64,000 nucleotides of DNA from a bacterium (GCA_041946805.1 JBHGBC010000010.1:14763-78762); one strand, 5' to 3'. Shown: positions 50,651 to 60,862, counted from the stretch's first letter. Notes: generated from the sequence alone by a model not told the origin. Translations and numbers: made by a program.

Positions 50651-51502
50651 TCAAGGCTTTTCTAGCTTCGGCGGCGTGATTCTCTTGACCACCGGCGTCA
50701 AACTGTTCTCCTTCAGTTCGTAGCGATACGGCAAAAAGCCGATCCGCTTCCACTCCTGGGTGCTGGGATCATACTGCTGAATGAAAATCACGTGATTTTC
50801 CAGATCCGTATCCGCTTTGTACTTCGGCCGTGAGGCGGATTCACCCGCCCGGGGGGACCGGCTGGCTCCGAGGTCCTGATCGGGATCGATTTTCTGAGCG
50901 GTAAGGATTCTCCACGTCGCGCCGCCATCAAGGCTCAAGTAGGTTTGCATGACGCCCAAGGCCGAAATGAACGTGATTTCTCCCCGTAGCTGCGTTTCAA
51001 AGAAAAAATCGGTGACGTAGGACAGGCTGGTTTCAATGGAGGAAGGCATGGATTTCTCCATCCGCCGCCAAGTCTTACCCCCATCGGTGGAACGGAATAT
51101 GTAGTACGGCGCCTGGGATCCTTCCACGGACCAGGCGGTGATGAACCAGATGTGCTTCTCATCCAGGATATAGATCTCGCATACTTCCGAACCGGTCATC
51201 CATTCGTCGATTTCCGACCAGCTTTTCCCGCCGTCCCGTGAACGCAAAAGCAAGGACCGGTAAGAATGCGCGGGGGTCCGGTACGATCCTCCCAGCCAAA
51301 CCTGTTGTCCGTCCCGGGATGCGATGGTATCGACCGACAGATGCAAATCCGTGCTCGGATCGATATTTTTGCGCATCTCCCGCAGATTCTGTTGTTCCCT
51401 GTACTTCCAGGCCGGCCTATCATCCGGCGCGGCAATCCAAGGAATCCAGAGGAGAAACAGAAACGCCAGATGCCTGTTTATCGCGCAGGACGGGAAATCC
51501 AT
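50651..51502 (-). CDS. Secreted BNR/Asp-box (YCF48-like) protein
   Basis: Three Asp-boxes: SRDGGKSW, STDGGKTW, SLDGGATW. Confidence 0.82.
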   Translation of the reverse strand: MDFPSCAINRHLAFLFLLWIPWIAAPDDRPAWKYREQQNLREMRKNIDPSTDLHLSVDTIASRDGQQVWLGGSYRTPAHSYRSLLLRSRDGGKSWSEIDEWMTGSEVCEIYILDEKHIWFITAWSVEGSQAPYYIFRSTDGGKTWRRMEKSMPSSIETSLSYVTDFFFETQLRGEITFISALGVMQTYLSLDGGATWRILTAQKIDPDQDLGASRSPRAGESASRPKYKADTDLENHVIFIQQYDPSTQEWKRIGFLPYRYELKENSLTPVVKRITPPKLEKP

Positions 51503-51583
51503 TTTGTCCTCCTGGATGACAATTCCATATATCGTATCACATGCCCAGATTATTGAATCGGGGGGATTTGCGGGAGGGAGATT

Positions 51584-51913
51584 TCACCGGGCCTTGAGCA
51601 GAGTATTCATGCCCAGGGAAAAATAATCCCAATCCCGCTTGTTCTCGATCAAAACCTTTTTTCCCTTCACGGTGAGGGAATAGATTCTCCGCGCCGGGCC
51701 CTTGGGCTGGTTCTCGACGGTGGAAACAACCAATCCTTGAGCCTCCAGCTTGTGCAGGGCAGGGTAGAGGGTTCCCCGGGTCAAGGTAAAAATGTCCTGG
51801 CTTTTTTCCTGAATGCGTTGGATTAAGGCATACCCGTGACCGGGGCCGTCATCCAGGACAGCCAGGATAATGGTCTTCAGATGCCCTTTCATCAGTTCCC
51901 GGTCGAATTTCAT
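51584..51913 (-). CDS. PadR-family transcriptional regulator
   Basis: LMKGHL..IL, HGY, GTLYPALHKLE..G, RRIYSLT..G. Confidence 0.95.
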   Translation of the reverse strand: MKFDRELMKGHLKTIILAVLDDGPGHGYALIQRIQEKSQDIFTLTRGTLYPALHKLEAQGLVVSTVENQPKGPARRIYSLTVKGKKVLIENKRDWDYFSLGMNTLLKAR

Positions 51914-51915
51914 GG

Positions 51916-51955
51916 ATATAGCTTACATTACAATAGTATTTAATGCAAGCTATAT
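51916..51955 (-). promoter_or_regulatory. Putative padR promoter overlapped by an inverted-repeat operator
   Basis: ATATAGCTTACATTA-N10-TAATGCAAGCTATAT (14/15 match); minus strand TTGCAT-N17-TAAGCT-N6-ATG. Confidence 0.65.
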
Positions 51956-52043
51956 AATTGAATTTCCTGTAGAAATTCCATAATACATTGATTTAAATAG
52001 GCTTATGATTCATATCCTAAACTCCTTGAACATGGTTTCGACT

Positions 52044-52403
52044 TCCCTCACCCCGACGCTCTCCCAACGGGAGAGGGAGCCGATCAGTAAATTACAGCGG
52101 CTGAGTGCAATGTCCTAATTTCAGCGCAGGATCGATGAAAAAGGATGGAGGGCAAGGCGCCTGCCCGGCCGCTCTTGTTAGAAATGCCACCGGATTGCGG
52201 CTCATCCGGAGGTTTCCCCTCCTGCCTTTTCTCCCATCCCGCTTCTACGCTCTTGGCGATCGATCCATTACTATCTTCCAAAAAATATTCCCTCTTCCTT
52301 TAGGAGAGGGTCAGGGTGAGGGAATAACATAGGGGGATATTGCGCCCAGTAATGCGTGCATCGGCCTTTGAATCCTCCTGGATTCCCGCCTTCACGGGGA
52401 TGG
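52044..52403. repeat. REP cluster in the padR/nfo divergent spacer
   Basis: Oppositely oriented CCCTCTCCC-family REPs at about 52044-52079 and 52289-52324, plus CTGGATTCCCGCC-family copy at 52378. Confidence 0.7.
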
Positions 52404-52558
52404 CGCCCACAAAACACGGAGGTAAAACCATCCGCACCGGTCCCCCATTCTTTTGCGGAAGAATCGTATTACGATGTTTAATTCGATTCTTAAGTCGATG
52501 GATAATCAGATATCTAATTCTGAAATTGCATTGCCAATTTTTGGAGGTTTTTCTAACC

Positions 52559-53407
52559 ATGCGTTTCGGTGTCCATGTATCGGTTGCGGGAGGTTTGCAC
52601 CTGGGCTTGCGGCGGGCGGTCCAGTTGGGATGCGACACCGCCCAGGTTTTTCTGGTGAATCCAAGAGGCTGGAAATCACCTCCGCTGACAGACGAAATGA
52701 TCGAACTTTTCCAAAATGCCCGTAAAACCGAGGCGAAAACAGTATCCCCCATCATCGCGCACATGCCCTATTTGCCCAATTTGGCCGCCGCGGATGACGA
52801 CATCTTCCAGAAGAGCATCGCAGCCCTGCGTGATAATCTGAAACGTTGTGACGCTCTTGGAATCGACTTTCTCGTCACCCACATGGGCCGGGGTGAAGGC
52901 CACGGCGGAACGAAACGGATGCAGGAAGGAATCGCGCGGGCATATGGCGATGACCGCTTCACGGTGCGCCTGCTGTTGGAAAACACGGCTGGGCAGGGCA
53001 GGGAAATGGGATCGCAAGTTGCTGATTTATCTGAGTTTTATCCCATGATTCCTAATGGGATTTCCAAGGGGATCTGTCTCGACACTTGCCATGCATACGC
53101 GGCCGGTTATGACGTCGGACGGAAAGAAGGTATCCGGAAATTGATCCGGGAGTTTGACCATCATATTGGATTTTCAGAAGTTAAAGTCATACACGTCAAC
53201 GATTCCCTAAAGCCGTTGGGCAGCCGGGTGGACCGGCACGCCAAGATCGGCCAGGGCAGGATCGGCGAGGTAGGTTTTCGGGAGTTTTTCGCGCACTCCC
53301 AGATCCGCTATCGGCCCTGTATCCTCGAAGTGCCCCGCCAATCGGATGAGGAGGATATCGAGCAATTACGCCTTGTCAGATCGCTTGCGGTTCGAGAGCG
53401 TAAGTGA
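52559..53407 (+). CDS. nfo: Endonuclease IV
   Basis: FGVHVS, HMPYLPNL, HMG, LLENTAG, CLDTCH, HVNDS, DRH; start reassigned to ATG 52559. Confidence 0.94.
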   Translation: MRFGVHVSVAGGLHLGLRRAVQLGCDTAQVFLVNPRGWKSPPLTDEMIELFQNARKTEAKTVSPIIAHMPYLPNLAAADDDIFQKSIAALRDNLKRCDALGIDFLVTHMGRGEGHGGTKRMQEGIARAYGDDRFTVRLLLENTAGQGREMGSQVADLSEFYPMIPNGISKGICLDTCHAYAAGYDVGRKEGIRKLIREFDHHIGFSEVKVIHVNDSLKPLGSRVDRHAKIGQGRIGEVGFREFFAHSQIRYRPCILEVPRQSDEEDIEQLRLVRSLAVRERK

Positions 53408-53937
53408 GATTTTCACTCCCGGGGTTACGCCTTCTTACCTGTCAAAACGCCTGACCGCCAGGGGAATCGCAGTTAATTCGCATTTTCTAAAAAATAACCT
53501 GAAATGCAATGATTATAATATTACTAAGATGATTACCTCTTATATCTCATTTTCATTATCGAGATGAACAGGTTTCAGCACCAGGATTTATCGAATAGAC
53601 CGCACTCTGCTTTGGCAATCGGTTATGCTGATTTATCGGTCATATTCAAATCCATAAATCCATTCGTATGAGTACATTAGAATTAGAATAATATTATAAT
53701 GTTATAAAGTTATAACATTATTACTTATACTTTGGAAGAGGTGTATTCCATTAATATTATAATATTATTTCATTATAGGATGGCTGGAGGAAAAGAAATA
53801 AAACCAGACTTTGAGATGTGATTTGGAGTGCTGTGGTGGATCAATATGGCGCCCACCCAATCAGTTTCGAGGTCATGGGAAGGCGTCCTATCCCGATGAA
53901 TGACAACTTCAGTTATGATATGACGGGGTATGATCTG

Positions 53938-54147
53938 ATCGAATAGGTTTAACAGAGTCTCTCCTAATTCTCTCTCCCTCTGAGAGAGTGGTAGTGTAAG
54001 GGAAAGCCTCATGACAATCGGTTCGCTTTGCCAATTGCGCGGAACCTAACGCAAATCAGAATAACGAGTCCGCTTCAGGTGATGGCTTGAAAGCAGCCCA
54101 GGGGTACAATCCTGGGCGAAAGTCTTCGGCATGCAATTCCCGGATGA
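53938..54147. mobile_element. MITE-like element type B, copy 2 (left end decayed)
   Basis: Colinear with about 1322-1530 (CCAATTGCG.GGAACCT, GCAGCCCAGGGG, AAAGTCTT, CGGATGA). Confidence 0.7.
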
Positions 54148-54157
54148 TTCAAACAGT

Positions 54158-54604
54158 TCAACTCATTTTTGAATCCAGAATCAGAGTAACCGGCCCCTCG
54201 TTGATCAGTTCCACTTCCATCATCGCGCCGAAGATCCCAGCCTCGGTGTGAATCCCCTTGGCTTGGAAAGCGTCCACCGCCTTTTTAAAAACCGGTTCTG
54301 CGGTTTCGGGGGGGGCGGCGTCCGTGAAGCCAGGCCGACGGCCTTTGCGGCAATCACCGAACAGTGTGAACTGCGACACCACCAGCGCTTGGCCGTTGAC
54401 ATCGAGCAGAGAACGATCGAATTTTCCTTCTTCATTCGGAAAAACCCGGAGGTGGATGACCTTCTCTACAATCCAGTTCAAATCCACGTCCGTATCTCCA
54501 ACCGCCACACCCAGTAAGATCAAAAATCCCCGGCTGATGCGGCCGGTCACGTTTCCATCCACCCGCACTTCCGCCCGGGAAACGCGCTGAATAACAGCTT
54601 TCAT
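54158..54604 (-). CDS. dtd: D-aminoacyl-tRNA deacylase
   Basis: MKAVIQRV, SQFTL, GRRP, FGAMM, NEGPVT. Confidence 0.96.
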   Translation of the reverse strand: MKAVIQRVSRAEVRVDGNVTGRISRGFLILLGVAVGDTDVDLNWIVEKVIHLRVFPNEEGKFDRSLLDVNGQALVVSQFTLFGDCRKGRRPGFTDAAPPETAEPVFKKAVDAFQAKGIHTEAGIFGAMMEVELINEGPVTLILDSKMS

Positions 54605-55164
54605 GTCTTATTCCCCCCGGGATGGTTGAGTTCGGCCAGGTATTGCTCCAATAGCGCCTTGCGCTGGCTCCACTGAGTAATGAGGGAGGGCATTTCCCGC
54701 AGCAGGCGTTCCGCTTTCAACCGTTCCGTGGGATTCGCGTAGATGCCTTGGCGGCGCGCCACGGCTTTTTCCTCGGACTTCATATGGATTAGAATCTCCT
54801 TGGCTTGCTGGATTTGCTTTTCCAAATTTTCGATCTCTTTTTTCCAGAACGCCTGGTCCGATCCGGCTCCGGTCTGCGGTGGAAGAGAGGATCCAATAGG
54901 TTTCTGGCGCAATGGCAACCGGTTCAACAATAAAAGCAGCCGGGGAATGCGGGAGGAGGGAAGCGTCCGGCGGGGAACGGGAGGAGAAGGAGGCTCGGCC
55001 AAGCCCAAAGTGAGCAAAAAATCATCTTTGTCTTCGTGATATGATTTTCGGAGTTGCTCGACCATTTTCTTGAGCCGGGGATCGGCCAGGAGGCTTTTCT
55101 GCATGGTCCGCAACAGGGCGGTGAGAGTGTCTTCAATTTGTTTACGGCGGGATGGATCCGGCAT
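54601..55164 (-). CDS. Hypothetical coiled-coil protein
   Basis: Stop overlaps the dtd ATG; helical charged sequence; start uncertain. Confidence 0.6.
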   Translation of the reverse strand: MPDPSRRKQIEDTLTALLRTMQKSLLADPRLKKMVEQLRKSYHEDKDDFLLTLGLAEPPSPPVPRRTLPSSRIPRLLLLLNRLPLRQKPIGSSLPPQTGAGSDQAFWKKEIENLEKQIQQAKEILIHMKSEEKAVARRQGIYANPTERLKAERLLREMPSLITQWSQRKALLEQYLAELNHPGGNKT

Positions 55165-55268
55165 GAGGGGCCCATTCGTCCAAGAAAAAATAGAGTTCAA
55201 TGACACTATCTTACGTGATTATCGGGAGTTTGTAACGATCCCGGTGTAAGAATCCCCCGGCGGGATTG

Positions 55269-55298
55269 TTGCGCCAGGCTGTGGATTGTGTTTATAAT
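55269..55298 (+). promoter_or_regulatory. Putative sigma70 promoter
   Basis: TTGCGC-N18-TATAAT upstream of the TPR lipoprotein. Confidence 0.5.
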
Positions 55299-55405
55299 GG
55301 AGTAACTGACCGCATGGATAACCCATTTCTATTTCAGCGATACGGCTATCCTGATTTTTCCCGGTTGCATGACACGGTTTCATTCGTCACGGAAATAAAT
55401 TCGAT

Positions 55406-56662
55406 ATGAGAAACCGGATGGGCGAGATGGAAGATATGAACATGCGAAAGAACTTTTTGATATGTCCACGCGGGCTCGTAATAGCCGGTATCGCCGGATG
55501 GCTGCTGGTTTCCTGCCAGAGCCCTCAAGGTCCGACCTTCAAGGAGCAAGTGTCTCAGGCGTTGGACCATTATTATAAAGGTGAGGAATTACAGAAAAAA
55601 AACGATTTTGAGGAAGCCGTGGCCGAATATCAGGCCTCGCTCGCCATATCGCCCCGGCCCCGGGTTTATTACCGTCTGGCGCAGGTTCAATACCGCCTGA
55701 ATCAAGCCGATCAGGCTGTGGCTTCATTGGACCAGGCCTTGAAACTCAGCCCCGGATTCCGGGAAGCCCAGGTTTTGAAGCAGCAACTGGTTGTTCAGGG
55801 GAAAGCCACCCGGCCGGCCGCGGATGAGCGCGTGGAAACCGCGGCCATGTCCACCCGCCCGGCCGAGGTCACGCCGCCGGAAAAAGCGGCTTCTCTGGAA
55901 TCGCAATCCAGAAAGGAACAACCGGATGGCCAGGAGGAATCTCCGGCCGCAACCGAAATCGCCCCGGAGGCCATCAGCGCCCCCATGCCAACTCCTGTGA
56001 TTCCGGAGACTTCTCCTGCTCCGTCGGTTGAGTCTTCCACGGAAAAGCCCAGTCTGCCCGCGGATGCCAAGACTGCTTCGGAGCCGAAACCAGCGGAGTC
56101 AATCGCTCCCGTGCAGACTCAACCGCCGGCGCCAGCCGAAAGCAAACCGGTTTCTCAACCTCCAATCACGGCTGTCTCACCCTCCACGCCCCGGCCGGCA
56201 ATCGAGCCGATCTTGAAGCAAGGAAGAGAAGCCGGAAGTCAAGGCAACTGGGAACAGGCTCAAGCCCTTTACAAAAAAAACCTGGAAACATACCCGGCCG
56301 AAGCGGAACTATGGTACGAATATGGGTATGCCTCGTTCCAGCTGGGCCAATTGGAAAACTCGGAAAAAGCCTTTCGCAAAGCCGTTGAACTTAAACCGGA
56401 TTACGTCATGGCTTTCAACGACTTGGGCGTCACGCTCGAACAACGCCACCAAAGTTCGGAAGCGCTTCAGGCCTATCAGAAGGCCGTGGACCTGGGCGGA
56501 ACCGCCGACGCTTTTTTCAACCTGGCGCTTTTGCATGAAAAGCTGGGGAACTATAAAGCATCCGTGGAATTGTACGAAAAATATATTGGATTCGATTCGT
56601 CCAGCAGTTTCGCGGAATATGCGCGCCAGCGGATCGAAAAATTGCGCCGCCTGGCCTATTGA
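55406..56662 (+). CDS. TPR-repeat lipoprotein with a Pro/Ser/Glu-rich linker
   Basis: Lipobox LLVSC; N- and C-terminal TPR blocks separated by a low-complexity linker; start uncertain. Confidence 0.85.
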   Translation: MRNRMGEMEDMNMRKNFLICPRGLVIAGIAGWLLVSCQSPQGPTFKEQVSQALDHYYKGEELQKKNDFEEAVAEYQASLAISPRPRVYYRLAQVQYRLNQADQAVASLDQALKLSPGFREAQVLKQQLVVQGKATRPAADERVETAAMSTRPAEVTPPEKAASLESQSRKEQPDGQEESPAATEIAPEAISAPMPTPVIPETSPAPSVESSTEKPSLPADAKTASEPKPAESIAPVQTQPPAPAESKPVSQPPITAVSPSTPRPAIEPILKQGREAGSQGNWEQAQALYKKNLETYPAEAELWYEYGYASFQLGQLENSEKAFRKAVELKPDYVMAFNDLGVTLEQRHQSSEALQAYQKAVDLGGTADAFFNLALLHEKLGNYKASVELYEKYIGFDSSSSFAEYARQRIEKLRRLAY

Positions 56663-56681
56663 TGTCGAGGAAATCACCATC

Positions 56682-57113
56682 ATGGTGAGCACATTTTCTC
56701 TTTTTCGTGAGACTTGTCCTTTCACGCGCCGGAACGACCTCACCCGTCTGTTCGATCATCTAGCGGTCTTGTCCCGGTCGGCTGCAAGGCTTCGGTATCG
56801 ATTGGATTCCGCCCGCGTCGATGTGACCGAGTTACTTAACTCCCGGGGGATGCTCATGATCGTCAAGAAGAACAAATGGGGATTCAACAAGGAAGAAGCG
56901 AAAAAATTGTTCTACAGCTTCCGCGCCAAAAACACGCCGGAAGAAGGGGATTCCGGGTCCAATTTTGATTCCGCGCCTGAGCCTGAAACCACCGAAAGAA
57001 AAATCGCCATGATCATGGTTTACATGAAAGAAACATCCGCCAAACTCGACCGCATCGAAGACGACATTGCCGAACTCAAGGAAAAAGTGAACGATATTCT
57101 CAAAAAGATTTGA
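56682..57113 (+). CDS. Small hypothetical protein with C-terminal coiled coil
   Basis: GAGG RBS before ATG 56682 (alternative starts 56850/56856); KLDRIEDDIAELKEKV heptads. Confidence 0.55.
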   Translation: MVSTFSLFRETCPFTRRNDLTRLFDHLAVLSRSAARLRYRLDSARVDVTELLNSRGMLMIVKKNKWGFNKEEAKKLFYSFRAKNTPEEGDSGSNFDSAPEPETTERKIAMIMVYMKETSAKLDRIEDDIAELKEKVNDILKKI

Positions 57114-57187
57114 ACCGCTAGTCATGATTTCTATCGGCTTAATCCACCAACAACCGGGCTGTATCTTTCCATACGAATCATAATTTT

Positions 57188-57298
57188 CCCCTCACCCCCC
57201 AACCCCTCTTCCATAAAGGGAAAGGAGGGGGGGACGCCGTTTTCCCAAGGCTTACGCCCTGGGTGATACTCCTGCGTCATACTCATGCCGCGCCGTTG
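57188..57298. repeat. REP cluster next to dif
   Basis: CCCCTCACCCCC..CCCCTCTTCC..GGGAAAGGAGGGG plus an inverted copy of the 22199-22244 element. Confidence 0.7.
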
Positions 57299-57358
57299 AC
57301 GTTGAATCACATGGATGTATGCGGCTGAAGTTCACTGCATGGATTGGAAGACCTATCA

Positions 57359-57386
57359 AGTTTACATAATATTTATTATGCGATTA
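57359..57386 (-). other. dif: dif site (XerCD chromosome dimer resolution)
   Basis: Minus strand TAATCGCATAA-TAAATA-TTATGTAAACT: 11-6-11 layout with conserved CATAA-N6-TTATG core; intergenic. Confidence 0.85.
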
Positions 57387-57529
57387 TTAGGGTGAAGGTA
57401 GATTATCCTGATTCTCTTCCATCCGTCCAGCTCTTCGTCTACCATCCTGGCGGGCTTGGAGGGATTATTCGTTACTCCTCTCGTCCGTTGGAGTTACGTA
57501 CTCGACCTTAAGTAGAAGGAGATGACAGG

Positions 57530-59002
57530 ATGGCGCGGCGGAACAGTCCGGTGAGTATGTCATGGTGGATGTGGGGCCTGGTGATCGGGATCATGAACCT
57601 CCCGGGATGGCCGGAAGAAGCCGGTTCCCCGGCTTCTTCCCCGGACATCAAACCGGTTACGGGATCGATCATCCTGCGCAACGACTGGATTCGTGCGGAA
57701 ATTCACCCCGCGGGCGGCGGACGTGTCGAGCAGATGTACGCCCATGAGGATCCTCTGCTGTGGCCTCTTTCCGGCCAGGAGGCACACGAAGAATCCTGGT
57801 TGGGCGCGTCGTTGGTCCTGTACGCCAGCCATCCGCTTTCCTCCACGGCCACGATCGGATGGGTGAGTCAGGAGGAGGCCGTTTGCCAGCCTGGCGGGCG
57901 GTCGGCGGTCATACGTTCCGTATATGAAAGACAATTAAAGATCAACAGAGAGTTTGCCGTTGGAAACCTGGAATCTGTCTTACGTGTGACGACCACCATA
58001 ACCAATCCGGGAGGCGCTCCGGTAGTCTTTTTTCCTTCGGAAGCGGCCTCCATCAACACGGAGTATGCGCGCAGCGGCATGCCGAATATCAATCTCTATT
58101 TCTATTCACCATATTCCACGCTGGAGGGTTCCAAACCTTTTGAAATAACCTTGGGTCTGGTGAACAACCCACAATTCGCTGTCATGCCCGAGCATTCGCT
58201 ATTCATTGCCCGGAACGCCCACCGAATCGGCGAAATCAAACTGACCAGCGAAAAGAACTGGTTCGCGTTCCAGAACCTGATCAGCCATGCCGCGATCCAG
58301 GGCGGGACGGTATGCGCCGCCGAATTCACCTTTCCGGGTGTAAAGCCGGAACCGGTCCGTGACAACCTGATCCTCCATGTGAACGGCGCGGGCGAATACA
58401 TCGGAGACGGGAAATTGCGCTTCAACTCCCCAGAGACCGCCAAGTACATGCGGGCCACCCGGGTCCTGGGCCGAGTGGAGCTTCAACCGGGGGCGTCGTT
58501 CACCTATGTGGCCGCCTGGAGCATGACATCCTGCGAAGGACCGATTGTGGATGTGCGAGACGGAATCGTGTTCAACAAACACTTGGTGGTTTATCTCCCG
58601 CCCAACCGGCCGGGATTTCTCAATTACGCCAACCTGGGAATCCCGCAGGAAGGAAACATTGGATTCCAATACCTCGGCGCGAACAACGAGGTATTCAAAA
58701 TAACGGAGCAAGACGGCCGGCAAAAAGAACACCTGTTGACCATTCCCCTCATTCTGGAGGCCACAAAGGAGAAGTCCCGGCCTTCCCGGGTGGTTCCCTT
58801 CCTGCCCACGCCCATTCATCATTTCACGCTGGTATTCTTTTCCGAGGAGCAGTTGAACGCCGGACCGGGAGAGTTACAGAAAATCCAGGATGCCATCCAT
58901 AGCATTCGCATGATGCTAGTGGATTCCAAACAAAAACCCATCCGGGTGTTGGACGAGGTGAGCGGTCCCTTTCCGGTTTCGACGGAGGAACTTCAATTTT
59001 AA
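57530..59002 (+). CDS. Secreted hypothetical protein with galactose-mutarotase-like N-domain
   Basis: Signal peptide; ILRNDWIRAEIHPAGGGRV; LRVTTTITN. Confidence 0.7.
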   Translation: MARRNSPVSMSWWMWGLVIGIMNLPGWPEEAGSPASSPDIKPVTGSIILRNDWIRAEIHPAGGGRVEQMYAHEDPLLWPLSGQEAHEESWLGASLVLYASHPLSSTATIGWVSQEEAVCQPGGRSAVIRSVYERQLKINREFAVGNLESVLRVTTTITNPGGAPVVFFPSEAASINTEYARSGMPNINLYFYSPYSTLEGSKPFEITLGLVNNPQFAVMPEHSLFIARNAHRIGEIKLTSEKNWFAFQNLISHAAIQGGTVCAAEFTFPGVKPEPVRDNLILHVNGAGEYIGDGKLRFNSPETAKYMRATRVLGRVELQPGASFTYVAAWSMTSCEGPIVDVRDGIVFNKHLVVYLPPNRPGFLNYANLGIPQEGNIGFQYLGANNEVFKITEQDGRQKEHLLTIPLILEATKEKSRPSRVVPFLPTPIHHFTLVFFSEEQLNAGPGELQKIQDAIHSIRMMLVDSKQKPIRVLDEVSGPFPVSTEELQF

Positions 59003-59060
59003 CCGCGCGTTCCGCTACAATGGACGCATCGTCATTGATCTTTTCATCCGAGGTGAATCC

Positions 59061-59576
59061 ATGAACGTGCTAGAGGTGATTCAGAACCGGTACAGCGTTC
59101 GGCATTATCAATCCCGCCCCGTGGAGGAACCGAAACTCCTGCGGCTGCTCGAGGCGGCCCGGCTCGCGCCCTCGGCCAGCAACCGGCAGGAATGGCGGTT
59201 CATTGTGGTGCGGGATCCTCAGACCCGTCAGGCTCTGATGCGGGCCGCCAGACACCAACCCTTCGTTGAGGAAGCGCCGGTGATCCTGGCCTGCTGCGCG
59301 GTGACCGACAACCATGTCATGGCCTGCGGCCAGCTTTGTTATCCCATCGACGTGGCCATCGCCATCGAGCACATCGCGTTGCAGGCGGTCGCGGAAGGTC
59401 TGGGCACCTGCTGGATCGGCGCGTTTCATGAAGACCAGGTGAAAGAGTTACTCCACATTCCGAAGGCCGTCCGTGTGGTGGAATTGCTGCTGGTCGGGTA
59501 TCCAGCCGACGAACCGCTGTCCAAGGACCGCCTGCCCTTGGAGGCGATCGTCATGTACGACTGCTGGGAGGGGTGA
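59061..59576 (+). CDS. Nitroreductase-family protein
   Basis: RYSVRHY, APSASNRQEW, GLGTCWIG, GYP. Confidence 0.94.
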   Translation: MNVLEVIQNRYSVRHYQSRPVEEPKLLRLLEAARLAPSASNRQEWRFIVVRDPQTRQALMRAARHQPFVEEAPVILACCAVTDNHVMACGQLCYPIDVAIAIEHIALQAVAEGLGTCWIGAFHEDQVKELLHIPKAVRVVELLLVGYPADEPLSKDRLPLEAIVMYDCWEG

Positions 59577-59639
59577 CACCCTGCCCCGCTCCACGGTCGG
59601 AAAAAACGTATTGGTCGTGAAATGGATTTTTATCTATCA

Positions 59640-59667
59640 GTAGGGGCACGTTGCAACGTGCCCCTGC
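59640..59667. repeat. GTAG-type REP palindrome
   Basis: GTAGGGGCACGTTGCAACGTGCCCCTGC between convergent genes. Confidence 0.75.
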
Positions 59668-59742
59668 TTTTCAAGCGGGATCATCCTGCCACCACGGTCA
59701 ATCCGATGTCTTTCATTCGGAATTTCAATCGCGTCTAAACTA

Positions 59743-60852
59743 TCAAATCTCCTGCCGCATGCGGTTGAAGAAATAGACCGTCATCGCGAAGCAGATTCCG
59801 TTCGGCGCCCAGGCCCCGATCCAGGGAGAAATGGTTCCGGTTTGGGCAAAACTCTTCCCCAGCGATAGCGTCATGAAGTAGAGGATCACGGCGATCAGTC
59901 CGATCCCGATGCCCGCCGCCCGGCCGCCGGAACCGAGCCGCAATATCATCGCGAAGGCCAGCAATCCCAGGAACAAGACGGCGAAGGGAAACGCCTCCTT
60001 GATCCGCAGATCCGGCAGATAGACCAAGGGATTCTCGCCGGCTTCGCGGATGTCGTTGACGATCCGCCGCAAGTCGGCGTGGGACATCTTCTCCACATCT
60101 TGAATCACCGTGCTGAAATCGGACGGAATCCGGTTCAGCGGATAGATGAGATGTTCGTGGAGGTTCACCAGGACGGTGTGATCCTCCTTGATTTCAAACA
60201 CACGAACCTTCTCCAACCGCCAGTTCGCCGTGTTTTCCAGCCAAACAGCTTGGCCGGCGTCGATGCGCTCGGACAAGGTACGGTTTTCCCCCTTGAACAC
60301 GAAGATGGAGAGACCTTTGAGCTTGCGGGAATACGGGAAAAATTCACGGACGTGGTACACGCGGTCCTGTTCCCCGTGCATCCAGATCCCCCCCGCGCCG
60401 CTGAGCCCCCGGTTCGCGCCATAAATTTGGAGCATTTTCAGGGACTGCGCCTTGGCCGCGAAGGGACCGCAAACGGTTTCGTTGAGCCAAAACAGAAAGA
60501 CCAGCAACAAGACCATCATGACCGCCAAGGGAACCGATAAGCGAAGGGGCGTGTAGCCGGCGATGTACAGCATCAGCATTTCATTGTTCCGGACCAGCGT
60601 GCCGATCCCCACCACGACCGCCAGGACCACGACGATGGGCGCGGCCTTGACCACCTCGTGCGGCACGCTCAAGAGCACATACATCAGGCCGGTGCCGAAC
60701 GACACATCGTTCTGGCGGAATTCATCCAATTCCTGAAAGAGAATGAGTATGAAAGCGAGGACGGTGAACAACAAAAAGACGAACAGCAACGCCCACGAGA
60801 ACGTTTTGAGGATGTAATAATCCGCGGTGTGGCCGGAGAGACGCCAGGCCAT
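59743..60852 (-). CDS. lptG: LPS export permease LptG
   Basis: 3 TM, periplasmic domain, 3 TM; LVRNNEM..AG; GAWAPN. Confidence 0.85.
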   Translation of the reverse strand: MAWRLSGHTADYYILKTFSWALLFVFLLFTVLAFILILFQELDEFRQNDVSFGTGLMYVLLSVPHEVVKAAPIVVVLAVVVGIGTLVRNNEMLMLYIAGYTPLRLSVPLAVMMVLLLVFLFWLNETVCGPFAAKAQSLKMLQIYGANRGLSGAGGIWMHGEQDRVYHVREFFPYSRKLKGLSIFVFKGENRTLSERIDAGQAVWLENTANWRLEKVRVFEIKEDHTVLVNLHEHLIYPLNRIPSDFSTVIQDVEKMSHADLRRIVNDIREAGENPLVYLPDLRIKEAFPFAVLFLGLLAFAMILRLGSGGRAAGIGIGLIAVILYFMTLSLGKSFAQTGTISPWIGAWAPNGICFAMTVYFFNRMRQEI

Positions 60853-60862
60853 TTCCTTCTCC

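Noticed and set aside
52340..52558. Upstream extension of the nfo ORF
   Set aside because: Passes through a REP and AT-rich promoter-like DNA; Nfo similarity starts at MRFGVH
53470..53800. AT-rich region as oriC
   Set aside because: No DnaA-box cluster seen, and the nearby dif site indicates the terminus
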